Source: Trichoplax adhaerens
Lineage: Eukaryota; Animalia; Placozoa
Length of the DNA stretch: 64,000 nucleotides
Reading direction: 5' to 3'
Assembly: GCF_000150275.1 (NCBI RefSeq)
Contig: NW_002060967.1
Coordinates: forward strand, 558,001-622,000
The translations under genes were made by a program, and so were the position numbers. Under the pieces are notes generated by a model, which saw only the letters and a program-made list of their open reading frames with translations, was not told where the DNA came from and did no database searches. Shown here piece after piece: positions 30,001 through 47,501 of this stretch (position 1 is its first letter; each line of letters starts with the position of its first letter).

Positions 30001-33000
30001 AAGGAACATTTGCAATTATAGTACCAGCATTGGATAATGTTGCTTGTAAGATAAATTTATAATTTATGCCTTTTTTGATTAAGTCGATTGCCTATGATTA
30101 GACAATTGCGAGTGCAATTCATATGTAATCGTCAACATAATGTAGTGGCGGTGCACATACTTATTGCTAGTGCGTACAGTAACAGTAGCAAGCATATTAA
30201 GGCTATACACATACGAACAGTAATTATACAGAATGAGTAATGTTCAATGATGTCCTCGTCTTTTCTGAAATAAGTATTTAAAACCTGGGTTTTATGGTAT
30301 CGTTGAGGATTGTTATCATTGATTGTTTATATTATTATACTATGCAATTACTATAAAACTACTATTGTCCTATTTTATCTGTAACTACGTAGAAAGATCT
30401 AATTATAATTACTGGTATTCCAAGTATAATACTTGACTGCTACATTCGATAATAAATTAATTTCACTTAACGGAGTTATCAAATTTTTAATTTAGGGCTA
30501 TTAAATCTTCGTGGTGATGATGTTCCATATAATCCTGTCTTTTTCTCTTACGTTATTGTAACGCTCGACACCATTGAGTAAGCTAATAGAATGTCAGTTA
30601 AATGAGACTGATTTGTTTGAGTTACGAAAGTCCATACGCACTTTATGACCACTGCACCCGAACGTAATCATTGAAATACCACTATCGATATATCCTAATA
30701 GATTATACATAGATGAATCAAAGGTCAAACCAGCTAACATTAGAACACATTTGGAATTGGATAATTGTGCTAATCCACATTGTATCACAGTCAAGCCGTA
30801 CAATCAAATTTTGACTGGCATTAAGGCTATTAGTGATGGAAATCCGACTGGCAAGATCTGGTTAAGTCCCAGAACTTCAAGTTTCGCTATTTATAATCAA
30901 GTAAAACCTGTAAGTTTATCTCATAGAGTAGTAAATATCAACGCATATCATTACATTTGTTTTGTAATCTTTAAGTGAGATCGAAGCTGTGTAAAAGTTA
31001 TTGAAGACTATACGAATTGCTAACAATATTCGTCCTACGTATTTACGTCTTTATAGGAACAACGCTACTTGGAACCATCTCCAATTTCGTTAACAAAAGC
31101 TATGAAGAATGACGTTGAAAGACAACGTATGAGGGAAACTTACGTAAGTATAGATACATTAGATACCACTACGTATGTAATAATTAAACTAATTGCATGA
31201 TGTAGGTTTACATTATCTACTTTTGTATTAACTGGTAATGTATTATCATGCTACTTCAAAACCATGATTTCATAGATCCAAGAATCTGCTCTCTATTGTC
31301 AATTTATGGCTTGGCTTAGCAAAGAGGTGTGTTAGTTAAATTCTATTTGTATTATATGAACTTAAAATTTACTTTGTTTTATACACTTTGTTATTACATT
31401 TGTGTAATTTAAAATTAATAGAGTTAGAGCACATCATACGATGCAAGCACATAAAAAGGAATTGAAGCTTTGATGGCCAATTGTTAATTTTTCCTTTAAA
31501 TTTTATAGATCAAATCGAGACCCGCTAATTTAACAGAAATGTCTGCTGATAAGTACATGGAAAATATGCGATGGTAAGACAGTAATTATTGGTTATCTTT
31601 TACTACATATGAGTATTTGATTAATATCATCAACGAGTAAATTAATTTACATCCATATTCAGGAACGCCTTCAAAGACTTTAAGGGATTGAGTTTTGCCA
31701 CGATTTCTGCTGTCGGCCCTAATGGTGCTATCATCCACTACAAGTAAGTAATGTACATTGAATGGAAGTTAATGTCAGTATTTACTTGACATATTTAGAT
31801 AATTTGTGATTCAATATTTAAGTCGTGGTGGTATTTAAAGTTGAAAAATTTAACCGTAATTATAATTTACATTTGTTTTTGAATGCTTGAATCACAGTTT
31901 ATGCAATCCAAGTTTATATCGATGGAATTTTTTCAACTTGATGGCTAATGTTATTTTACAATAAATGAGCTAATTAATTATTGTCTATCATTATTCTTAA
32001 AAATACTTGTGTATCTTCTTCTTACTAGGGCATCTAAAAAATCCGATACAAAATTAGACCCTGATCAGATCTACTTATTAGATGCTGGTGGCCAATACCT
32101 GTTAGTAATAACAGCTAGCTATATAGTAGTCATTTTTGAAATATTGATTTAAAAATTAGAATGTGATGTCTTTATCTGCAGTGGAATGATGCTATATTTA
32201 AAACTTGTATTTGACAATCAGTCTAATATTATATATTTTCAATCCCTAGCGGTGGTACTACTGACACCACAAGAACTTGGAAATTTACGCCTGGAACAGC
32301 ATACGAAAGGGTAAGCATCTATTATGACGATCTTTTTATCGTTAACGATTCTAGAGATCGAATCAAGTAGATAACTATTTATCACGTGAAAGTAGAATAA
32401 TTCTTTTTTGTGGCCTGGGATTTAGGAATGCTTTACTCGAGTTTTAATGGGCCAAATCGATTTAGCTCGAGCAGTTTGGCCAGAAGGTACACATGGCCGA
32501 GTTATTGATATTTTTGCCCGCCAACCTCTCTACCAAGCAGGCCTGCAATACAGGCACGGTACTGGACATGGTATCGGAATTTTCTTAAACGTTCATGAAG
32601 GTTAGTATACCCTTAACTTTAAAATTGTTCATCAATAAACTACCATATAGTGTTATTCTGAAAGTGATACTCATCAGCATCCTAATCTAACGTACATATT
32701 TGACAATAAATAAACTGAATACGCCTCGCTCTAGGTCCTGGACGTATTGCACCTGGTGTCCCACGGTATTACGAAAAACCATTATCACCCGGCATGTTCT
32801 TTTCAGACGGTAAGGAATCTAAATTTGATTTTCATGTATAGTTCATGCCTGAAGTTTGTCCTCGATTTAATTATTAAGGTGCTGCTCTAGTAATTAAAAT
32901 TACTCTGTAATGTTTTTTATCAGAACCTGGATATTATGAAGCAGGTAAATTTGGCATCCGATTGGAAACTGTCGTTATGGTTAAAAAAGCAAAGACTCCT

Positions 33001-33837
33001 GTAAGTTGATATAGTGCTATAATGTACATATGCATGCATGCAATTTAATGTCAGCAATGTTTGTATTAATTAAAAAAATATCGTAAGCGAGTATCAGATC
33101 CACTTTAAAAGGCTAGAAAACAATTTATGGGATATAGTCCTATATGCAACGTTATGACTAATTACAGTATATGATAATTTAATTTATCAAAAGATTGTAT
33201 AAATTTATTTTGGGTGTAAGTGACTGGTATTTTATTTTTTAGTATAATTATGAAGGAATGCAATTCTTGGACTTTGAAGTTATTACTTTTGTAAGTTTGT
33301 TAAATACTGGATAGTAGTTGCGTGTAGCGTTAACTGAGATAAAATATCTTGTAAGGTGTTGTTCCTACTTATAATATGCTCAAGTATTAATAAAGCTATA
33401 GTTAAAGGTATATTTAGCGTAAAAATTAGAGTTTATGCTTGCTATTTTTTTAGGTTCCAATTGATATCATCAATTTAATAGACCTTAAATTGATGAGCAA
33501 AGAACAGGTTAGATTCAACGGTTATTATGTTGGATGATTGGTAACGTTAAAATATGTATAATATGTATTCAATGTTTTTGTGTCTATTAACTTGAAAATA
33601 TAGAGAGTCTGGTTGAACAAGTACAACTCAGATATTCGCACTAAAGTTGGCCCTTATTTGAAGGAACGTAAATGGGATGAAGGTTACAACTGGATGTTGG
33701 AATACACTAAACCTATTCCAATTACCGATGAACAGCCTCCTAACGGCAACAGCGCTTATAGTTCTTCTAATACTGTAGCTATTGCTTTAGTTACTGCCAC
33801 TTTGATGATGATTGTTAACTATTTCAATCGCCACTAA
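27058..33837 (+). CDS. XPNPEP2: Xaa-Pro aminopeptidase (aminopeptidase P, M24B), secreted/GPI-anchored XPNPEP2-like; ~20 exons
   Basis: Signal peptide [22 protein letters not shown] (exon 1 27058-27100 spliced to ~27398). Motifs [73 protein letters not shown] and [17 protein letters not shown]. Hydrophobic C-terminus (…[30 protein letters not shown]). The family call is firm; XPNPEP2 versus XPNPEP1 orthology is inferred from topology only. Confidence 0.9.
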
Positions 33838-34811
33838 TGCAGGTGTAAATCGAATCAAATCTTAAATGTAGCTTCCTCTACTTTGTGTGATGATTTTATA
33901 TGTTATCGTTTAATATAATGTTAATTTTTGTTTGTTTGTCATCTTAAGTTCGTATTCCAAATGTGTGTATTAACTGTTAAGAGTCGAATAAAAAGATGAT
34001 ATATTGATCAATGGTAATTTACTTGAAGCGCAATTAATTCGCGTCGGTGGCGACGGTTAATCGCTTATAATTCTATCAAAAGGCGATAGTACAATACTAT
34101 ACTCATTACGGACATTTTCACTGACTGCAATACACCAAATGGGAGTAGCGATAGCGTAATGCTTTTCCACGATATTACGCTAAATTCGTTATGCATTACG
34201 TGTATAGTTACTACAGTTACTAAAGTCCATTTTCCAGTATAATTAAGCGAGATTGTATCAATAATTTTATTACATCCTTGATATTATCACTGCCTGTACA
34301 TTTGTAACTAGAGTTTCAAATTTACATTCATTCTTATCGCAAAACGTTATGATTGTAGTCAAATTGTCAATACGTACTTAATATAATTCGAAAGTTAGAA
34401 CAGTTTCGATCTTTCAATAGAACAAAAAATTATTTACAATCTTTAGATTAGGCATAAGAATAGAACCAAAGTAATTGCGTCAAATTAGCGTTCGTAGGAT
34501 ATAGTAGCTCATGGATACATCAAATTGTACTGATGGTGCAGCAAATGAAAATGAATTCACAAATACTGTGTGAATGTAACAGTGAATGCGAACTAAAATT
34601 ACTACGTAGCAAAAATTTCATGACATAGCCAGATGTAAGAATAATGAGTCAATTTACGTAATAGTATATTTCTCTTTATATCAATTAATTACCCAAATGT
34701 TCATATAAATTTATGGTAGTAATACTGAATGAATAAATTCATTATAAAATCAAGAGAATTATAAAGCACATGCAACGCTGGGTAAAATTAAATTTTGAGT
34801 ATATTCGTACA

Positions 34812-37657
<2,846 letters not shown>

Positions 37658-40600
37658 AGTTTGAGTGGTTAGCCAGCGTCCAGAAAAATAACGATGGTAG
37701 TGATAATGGCAGTAATAGTTAGGCCAAAAAGACGCCAAAGAGATGATCGGAAATCGGTTTGCAAGGCCAAAAAAGGAGCGCTAATCGACGCATATATGGC
37801 GGTGGTCCTTAAAATATTGGTCTGAATATTGAAATTGGCGGGAAGACGATAGTTGCCTACGTGCCCTCGAGAGGGAGTGGCCGGTCGACAATCCAGTCAA
37901 AGTACGCAATCATTATCCTACGAGTATAGGAAAACACCTGGATTCAGCCACGAAAATTGGTTAAAAAGCCAGAGGAACGGCCCGTGGTCGTTTTATGTAC
38001 TCCCATACGAAATGGGCAAATAGACTCTTTGCTGGTCATTTCAGCTGTGTTCTACACCTGCAAGCGTATGCATACTGTATAATACCAGAGACTGCCGAGA
38101 CCACCTGATGCCCGTGTTTCGGACCACACCATGCACAGACGGACAGACTTCCCGAGACTCAAGGACGGAAATGAGGCCCAAAATGCCGGAAATATCGCAA
38201 AAATTAGTTTACTTTCAGTAGGGATCTTCCGTAGACCTGAGAAAACTTCGGTTCTACTAATGGAAGAACAGAAATGACGTTCGATAACTGCTTTTAAGCA
38301 GAACCTTGTAAAATAGAATGCATTTCAATGTAATATGACTTCATTTAGAAAATGAAGTCAGCTCTAGAATTGAGCTTTAAATGACATTATAACCAAGGGA
38401 AGAAAGTGTTTGCAATACGTGCGATGCAGTTGAAATAACCAATAAAATAATCATCCTCCACATTTTAGTAGAGTGAACGACCGTTTCTCGTTTCTCTCTT
38501 TCTTTTTAGTAGTCCCTAACCATGCCAGGGACTACTAAACTACAATACAGTACTAAAAGATACTGTAGAGAAGAGAGTGGGACTGTCGGCTTTCCTTGCC
38601 AAAATGTGAAAAGTGACTATTTTTCTCATCATTTTAGCTGCGCTGTACTGTTGACACTCACTCTAGTTGACAGCTACCCTCCGAAGTAGCACAACAGATA
38701 CCAAGTTAGTTCCGTACGGCCCCAATCTTCTAATATATCAAAAGTGACCAGCAAATTGGTCAGCCTTGCTATAGCTTGCAATGAAAATCGTTGGCAGTAC
38801 CTCTCGCTTTCCTTTTCTTTTATTCAATTTTCTAAGGCAAACTTTGGCATTCATGAAAAATTGCGAAGCGTACATAATTTCCATTTGTGCCTTCATGCAA
38901 TGTTCTATTCTGATTGAATCTTCATAGTTTAAAGCTCTTCTGATGCCAAGGCGATAAGCTTTAATTCCGAATATTTTATTTAGGGCACCAGATAGGTTAC
39001 TGTTATTTTAGCGCGATTAACTAACTTAAATAGCGACAGTATTGACTTTAATATAGGAGATTCTATATTGGTAGAGATATCTCTTCTGTCATGATGATTG
39101 TAATGAAGTAGTCGACTAAAAGCGTATGAGCAATGTAATTAGTATTACGTATGCCACATTTGGAAAGATCGATGATATTATATGGTACAATGATATTTGC
39201 AGGAGCTCCTATTGTATTAATTAGCTAAACTATAGTAACTTGTAAGATGGTAGATGATGATTTACCAGTTGTATATAAAGTGAGGCCTTTCTGTAGTTTA
39301 CTAGTTTTTATCCTCCGTTAACATTAGAATCCCGCTCTCCCTCGCCTTGTAGTTAGCGTTTATACCCTCCTTAGGGCTGTTTATGCTTTCTACGATAGAA
39401 AATAAGGAAGCTAAGTACTCTATCGTAATACGTAGGCCATATTATGTGATACTGTATACAGCAATCTCTTCATAGGAGTAGTAAAAGTCACGAAAACAGA
39501 TACTAGGTATTAGTTGCTGTAGTCGCGCACTATATTAAAACTTGCACATAATTATTGTTATTAGCTGAAATCATTACAGTTGTGCATGTCATAAGCTACT
39601 AGTGCTGTAGTTAGCAAGAATTATTTTCATCACGCTGCATAACATCTGGAGCAGCAGCCATACGTACCTCTAGTAAAGTTCTCATCAAGTAGTACAGAAA
39701 ATAAGAACTTCATTGTCCGATTTGCTAATAAGCTAATAAAGACATAGTTAAGGCAGAGGGGTTCATCGTGTTGTATGTAGGAATTAATCGATTTAGTATG
39801 AGAAGCAAGGTGCTATATCGAATTTGGCAGAGTAGGATACTTTAGGTATAAAGCATTGAGGTATTTATATTTAGACGGACATAAACAAAGCGATGTCTAG
39901 AACTCGCTCTAGCTCATTGGTGGAACTATATGTTGTGATAGGATATTATTTATAGAAATTTTGTTTCATATTAACCAAATGAATAATTAGGTCAAATTCA
40001 ATTGCCGGTGTATCAGCGGCCTTGATGACAACGATAAAAGCCGGTCAGAAATTTTGCTTTTAATGTGTTCTTTCTACCTTACTTGGGTGAAAGGGATGAT
40101 AAATGTAAAGATTATTATTCTACTATGAACCAATTACTTATAACTTTTTGAGTACAGTAGTATATAATTATATATATATTGGAAATGAAATAAAGAATTA
40201 ATTTTTGAAGAAAGGAGCTCAGCTTGGATTACTACAAGAAACGCTATTATCCTGCTTAACGGTAAATAATATTAAAATTGTAGCTGCATTCATTGAAAAC
40301 TTAACGACAGTGTGATAAGTTACCGAACGGTGAATGATTGCATTTTTACATCACTTGCATGAAAATTTAAGCAGGAAATTACCTCCCAGTGCTGTATAAA
40401 ACTAAGAATAACTGCTTGCAACATCGTTATCAAGGCTACAGAATTAATTTATCATGATTCCTAAGAAAATGAATGTAAAATAGGAGACTATATTATACAC
40501 TTATTTGCAGAGGATGGAATTTCGTGGCAACGATTACATCACATTGGGAGTAAACAACAAATACAACACATATTTCTATCTTGATCCACAGAGTACTGCA

Positions 40601-43249
40601 AGCAACTCAAAATCAATCATCCATGTGTCATAATCAAACCTACACCCAATGAGACTAGGTATACATGCCATTTACTGTTTGCGTCATCATGGATTCAGAC
40701 AGGTTTTCACTTCTATTATATTTCCAGCAGGGATTTTGAAATAGAGAACACAAGCAGCAAATCACTTTTGAAATCCTAGTCAAAAGCAGTAAAGTTTTAA
40801 AACTCAGCAATAAATCGATAAAATCACATCAGTTTATTGATACTGTAGCCTATAAATAATATATAAACAAGTCTGGTATATATCTAGTAACAAGAATGAA
40901 AGTAATACCGATATTAGCCTTGAGAGGAGTGGAGAATAAAAGATAGATTACGAAGGGATTCTCGCTGCCTAGTAACATTATTTGCCTAGACATCGAATGT
41001 TCGCATAGTACTATTTATGAACTCCAAAAGTAACTGAGGATTATTCGTCGATCAAATTGTGTAAATTATTTCTCATATACAGTAGTTGTTAATTGATTGT
41101 CAACTACAGTTGAAATCAGTATATACTACAGCATGCCTATTGCAATGTGCCAGTATCGACAGTGGTAGTCCACGATACGGCTTATAATAAAGTATTGATT
41201 TCAAAGCAATTTTTATAATATACCGTACTAAAGAAGAAAATTAGCCTTAAATTTGTCATGGATTATAGTAATTGAAATAATATCTTAGTCTGTGAAAGTG
41301 AGTTAGGCTATACGTCATATATATTGCAGTATATAAGTGAGATCATTAATATGATCATTAGATAAATCATTTACAGCACATTGTTTGCTTGCGTATAACT
41401 TTTGCTACTATTGAATTGATTACCTCTAACCCTAATCTAATCTGAAATATTATTCTATGATTTATGCATCTACTTCAGAGGGATATGATCTTACCTAGAT
41501 CCCGGATATCATGCAATTTGTATGGTAGAGGATCCACAGCAGTCATCTTTCCAAGATGAAAGCTGCTTAAAAATTCGCTGCATGCTGGGAAGTTCTCCTG
41601 GCTTGAGCAAAATCTTCAGTTCCTAAAATCTGTATTTTATTCATAATTAGTCGTTTAGTTAAAAAATAACATCAGGCTATTACAGAAAGTGATAGACAAG
41701 TACATCGCTAATATCCTATTGATTCGATTTTTTGAAATGCCAATTTATGGTTCCAAGAAAGCGAGGTAGCTTAAACTCTATACAACATATTATTCTAGTA
41801 ACTAATGGAAGGATTGAAAAGCATCTACGTTATTGTCAGCTTACGCGTATTTTTTGCTTTCGTGAATTTATTTGTTGCAATCGTAATACTTAATTGAGTA
41901 AATAGAATTAGAAGATTCAGGATACGAATTTACTTATCAAATTATAGTCGCAATGTGTGTTAACAGCAGCCAATGCTAACAGAACCATTCTTGTTTCATT
42001 GTGATTTCAATATCATGGATTGCAATCTTTTAACCAGAGGCATAAACATAAACTACTTGCTCGTAAATTATTATCAGAATTGCAAATTCTCACATTTAAT
42101 ATACCTGTAACGATTATATTAACACAAAAAGAGGAGGAAGGGAAAGCATATGCATGATCATTTAGTCTATGATAGAATTACTAAGTTTAAAGTTGCCTAT
42201 TCATTTGTAGCGGTATTGTGAGCAGTCTTAATGCCTATTCTGCATTCAGGAAGGATATCAATTTTTAGGACGAAAAAAGACAAAAATGTGGTCAAGATGA
42301 ACAGGAATATAAATTATTTAACTTTAACTTCGATTCGATAGACGGTAATCATCGTGCACATGCTACGAAACAAACAAGTTTAAATTATTTCCTTTCAGTA
42401 ATTAATGTCAATAGAATCATACAAAAATCCAGCACAATATCCGTATCATAAGCATTAAATGTCCTAAGCTACGAATAGTTAAAAGTACGAAAGGTTATGC
42501 GTTATTTATTTTGCTTATATTGTAATGATTGTTATAGTAACCGTATTATACAATGAAAAGTGTATAGTAGTTGGGATATAGTATTGCAAAAGTGTAACAA
42601 ATATTCATCAGAAGACAAGGTATTTTATTCCTGATAGAATTAGTGATATTTTTGTATATTTTGTATAGTACTATTTATCAGATTTGCACAACATGATGTA
42701 ACCATGCATTAATCCCCGAAAATACTTATATATGCCAAGGTAAGTCCAGATTCTTCGGTTATCATGGATTACTCTCCTGACAAAGAATAAGGTAAAGTAT
42801 GCTGCTCTTCTAGGTTGCTATTGTCAACTACTATTTTAGCTTAGATCTAGAACTACCCTTCTAAACTGCAATCACACAGAAAAACTTCACAACGTCGAGC
42901 TACTTCTACTTTAACGAATACGACCAATACTAAATACTCGGGCTACAAAAACAATTACTAACGGCCAACATTCGCAATTACGAGTCAATGACAAAAGTTT
43001 TAGTCGACCTAATCTCTATATAGGCAAAAATCAAATACTTAATCTATACTACTCTTGAAGCTGCATTTGAACCGTGACAACGGCATATAAATGCTTCATT
43101 TAAATCTATGAAAATTATTACAGGCTTTTTTGCTCCTTACAATAGATTATTTTCCAATAAGGCCTTCAAAATTTAATATATGGATTAGCAATTAATGGGA
43201 TAAATTACCGATCATGAATTCTTTTAAATCTTTAATTTCTTCCTCGAAG

Positions 43250-44110
43250 GCAGTACTATCCACTTTTCAGCTATCTTCGTCATAGTTGCTGTCTTTCCTT
43301 TTGCTGCGCTATTAGCAAGGCTTATTATTCCCGGTTTATGTATCGAATAGATTTAATTGAAATCCGGAGGTTGCTAAAGTTCTAATTGAGCGTATATTAA
43401 GATATATTGTAAAATTAGGTATCCAAGCCAAGATCATGCCAACAGATTAAAGCGTATGGTGGACCCTGAGTAATGGATATTATGGGGTTTATGATGACTA
43501 TAATCGACCATTTATGACATTTTGTGATTTTTGGTCTGATCCAGGATATGTACGGACTCTAATTGAATCGCTATCTCGAGAAAATGCTAGAAAGAATAGC
43601 TATCGTCTAAATTTCTGTTATAATGTTCAACAACAGCTTGTTCATTAATTGGTTAGAAAATCTGCTGGATAAATCTACCATGATGACCCTCGTTAACTTA
43701 ACAGGGACAACGCATATTTGGGTTATATACAATTTTAATGCCGATAATTGACTTGGGTTGTCGAATCGTAGAAATTATTTGCGCATTGCATTTTGTCAGT
43801 ACCCTAAATTTTAGAAACACTGGCCATACTGACCAGTCGTACTGTACTATCATAGATTATATTAGCATTCGTGGCTACAGATGCCAACAATGTAGTATTA
43901 TTCTGATATTCGATGAAGAAATCAACTACTGTATGCATATTCAGACCCAATAAGCAAAACTAATATATGACAAATGGGTCGTTCTTGATGACAATGAACC
44001 TTGGGAAAATAACTTTTTTGATTATTTACACTATAATCCAAACTTCTCTTGCTCTTCTGCAAATTACACGACGAGTTATTGGATCAGTGGTGTATATATA
44101 CCCCACTACT
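43250..44110 (+). pseudogene. Pseudogene paralog of the secreted intelectin/FReD-like genes
   Basis: From the acceptor at 43418: VSKPRSCQQIK, frameshift, SNGYYGVYDDYNRPFMTFCDFWSDPGYVRTLIESLS, later IDYISIRGYRCQQCSI and FSCSSANYTTSYWISGVY. Multiple stops and frameshifts; degenerate hydrophobic signal exon ~43260-43313. Confidence 0.85.
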
Positions 44111-44819
44111 TTATAGTAACCAGGCTATCATTATCTCTATTTTCATTTCCTGACGAGGCAGGAAAAAATCTTAGTGTATCATTTCATGCAATCAATAGCA
44201 TGATTTGAAATAACTTATATAAGCAATCATGACTATTATAGGGATGTTTATTTTACGTATACTCCCCAGGAATATTTAACACTAGAAATTAATAATGATG
44301 AATTTTGAACCTATGGCTAAATCTAATCTTAACAATATTCGTTTCATTATTTTTTTTTTTAATTATTCTACTTATGTGATGCATCAACAGCTCATTTTTG
44401 TCGCCTTGAAACAATAAGACTGCTTTGATATGATATTACATTTTTGAAAATTTTTACGAAATGTATCTGTATTGTAAAATTAAAGTGTTTGCTTTAGAAT
44501 AACAAAAAGGAAGATGAAAATCGATTTTATTTTATACAGTAAAATTGCGCGTCTTACAAGGATGGTTCAAAGATATGATTATTCAAGTTTTGTCACGTAT
44601 AATACTGGAATGATTAAGTTCTACTAACTAGCTCTGGTAACTTTGATCATTATTCTTCAACCCATTTTAGGGAGAAATTAGCAGAGGCCTGGCTACTGGA
44701 TGGCTCAGCTGACAAGATATGTGTAAATAAAGGTTACTAATAAAGTAAAATACTATTGCTAGTGTTTCCATAGCTAATCTGAGGTACCCTTCACTTAATT
44801 TTCGCCATCGACATCGCTC

Positions 44820-45745
44820 GTTATTTTTTATATTTTACTTATTCCCCACTTTAAATTAAATCAATAGTAAACAATTCTTCTTATTTTTTTAACTCTAAAA
44901 GATATGAATAACCTTTTAAAGTGTAGATTGATGAGGTTACTTAATTTGTATAGATGATGATAGATTAAAAGAGTTGATGTTAAATTACTATCTGTGATAT
45001 ATACCAATCACGAAATTCCAAATTTTAGAAAAATAAGGGCTTTATTGAATCTTATACAAAGATCAACTACACACAGCTCTACTTTAGCCGAATACTACTA
45101 CTAAAGACTTCTAGAACGAACTAACAGAATAATCTAAAGTTGCATGCTTTTATACTTTTCGTAGCATTCGCAGCTACAATCCGCATGGCAACCTTTTACC
45201 TTATTTTACACATAGTTAAATTATTCTTAGTAAGACTATTCTACTGCGGACCAACATTAATCTGATATGGATACGACTACAGTACTTACGTAGACATTAT
45301 TCACACCAGCCAAAGTACAATGAATTTCGTGACCGGTATATGTCACAACCGACTATATGTTTCATAAAGACTAGTGCAAACTCCCGTCGCTTTACTGACG
45401 GTTTACGATAATGTGCTCATTTAACATCTTTTACGAGGTTCAGTAACTTTATACCGTACCGTATGCTCGGAATTAAGCCGATTTTCATACTAATGAGATA
45501 TTTGTTAAATTTAAAAGGAAAGGATGACATCGGTATATGAGATGCATATCCTTTATTTTCGATATATAAATCGCAGCTTGACTCATTAATTATTTAATTT
45601 TACTTTTTCCTATCTAAAACAAAATCAATAATAAACAATTCTTATTATTTCTCAACCCTAATAGACGTAAATAATCTTTTGCAGGTCTGGATATATGAGG
45701 CTATTCAATTTATATGATATTTTGAAAGGTTGATATTAATTTAGT
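44820..45745. repeat. Two diverged direct copies of a ~170-bp segment (~44820-44987 and ~45590-45745)
   Basis: ttttactt.ttcc...aaatcaata.taaacaattctt.ttattt...aac.ctaa.aga...aataa.ctttt...atgagg.ta.t.aattt...gttgat.ttaa is present twice. Confidence 0.6.
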
Positions 45746-47501
45746 GTTGAGTATATTTTATAGCTTACAAATACACACAATTGACCGAGATTACAGATTT
45801 TGTATTTTAATATTAGATAAGATGTTTCAGCTAGTAAATAGGTTAAGGTAGCACATGAAATTAAGCTGATTTGCATATTAAAAGATCTTTGCTATCTTTA
45901 AAAGAAAAAAATATTAAGATTTTATCCTTGTTAACGATTAATATCGGAATATGGATGAAAAATTTCAAATTCAATTTTGAAGCATATACTATAATCGATG
46001 TCATATCAGTATTTGATCCTGATCAATTTAAAAATTACATACGTGCCCAAATAGTTAAAAAATCTATTATTTTTTATTAAGGTAGTACGCAATTTAATTA
46101 TATAAATATCTAAAATTGATTAATTTTTAGTAAAATTGATCAGTGCATTTATTTGGTAGAAATAGAAATATTAGCTAGAAAATAAAACAATATTATTGGG
46201 TATTTCTAGCCATACAACTGCTTTAAAGTCTAGAAATATTGATACCTATGTGGTATGATATTAAATATTTGATTTAAATTTGACCTTTGAAGGGATTCAT
46301 TTTAGTATTTAGTGTATACTAACTACAGTAAATAATTAACTAGCAAGGTTGTAATGAAAGATTATCTACAAAATTCATGTTCTGTACCATGAAAGACTGC
46401 ATTCAGCGCTATTATTGGACAAGTAAGTGGATTTGAAAGTTTAGAATTTACCATAATTATTATGGAATGGCTCGATATTATAAACGAGTCTGTCGTGCAT
46501 TAAGGTTTCACTATTAATAAATAAAATTAATGATTAATGAAGTGAACGTTTAGAATTGTATGAAATTTATCGCATTCAATACTAGACATGCCTATAATTA
46601 TGCTGGCATGTTCTGTATTGCGTAAAGGTAGATGATCAGGTGAGGCAACGATTAAAGTCCAATCGATAAATAAATAAGAGCATGTAAATGTTAGTAACAG
46701 ATTAAAATAATTTTCGTTGGCAAGAAAAGAAATATGAAAGATTTTGTTTTAAGGAATACCTACTGTGATATTAGTAGAAGCCTTGATTATTATAAAGATT
46801 TGTAAGCTTACATAGTCATAAATTGCAGCTGATGTGACCTGGGAATTTTGATCGTTAGTGTTTTGATTGTAGACAAGTTTGGTACTTTAGCAGCTGTGTT
46901 CTGCTTCTACTATTAGTTTTTGAAAATAACAGTCTGTTATAGAATTATCTTTTTATAGCATAGACTATACCAACTTGTAAGTACTTATATGATAGATCAA
47001 ACTACAAACTGATAAGTTTTACTCAGAATCTATCATAATATTCAATAACTGTGAATTAGAGAAGTAAGCTTCGCGACAGTATTATTCAGTGGATAAATGA
47101 AAACTATACATTATACTCGTATAGGCAACTTTTCTAGGAAAAAATGACGTTCTCACTCCCCCCTCCTTGCAAGAGATAAAATTTGAATTAAGAAATCTTT
47201 AATTATGTTAAGGCAAGTTAATCGAGTAATAACAATAATGACGTCAACTTGATATTTAAACCTTCAAAAATGATATCAAAAACTGTTCTTAAAATTTTTA
47301 CGTTATTTGCTAAATACTTTAATTATTAATTAAGGTTAAGTATAAATAAACAAGACAAGAATGACTGTATTTCAATCAGCTTATCAATTTTACGGCAAAG
47401 ATATAAAAAACTCATTAGAAATATCAATTTGCTTACTTTTATTGGTATTTGTCGCTCTTTCTTATCCATTTTCATTTATTATCATATGATAGTTTCGCAA
47501 A

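Noticed and set aside
39241-39548. LTR-like segment starting TGTAAG with a TATA box
   Set aside because: The flanking repeat is mismatched (TAACT/TAATT) and the polyA signal placement is unconvincing.
40200-41600. Scattered exon-like + strand pieces (e.g. MEFRGNDYITLGVNNKY)
   Set aside because: In-frame stops, no coherent gene model and no recognisable domain.
44993-45547. Minus-strand LTR-like segment with TATA and AATAAA; similar candidates near 42700, 56000 and 59800
   Set aside because: At best a 4-bp flanking match and no inverted termini; boundaries cannot be supported without copy-number data.
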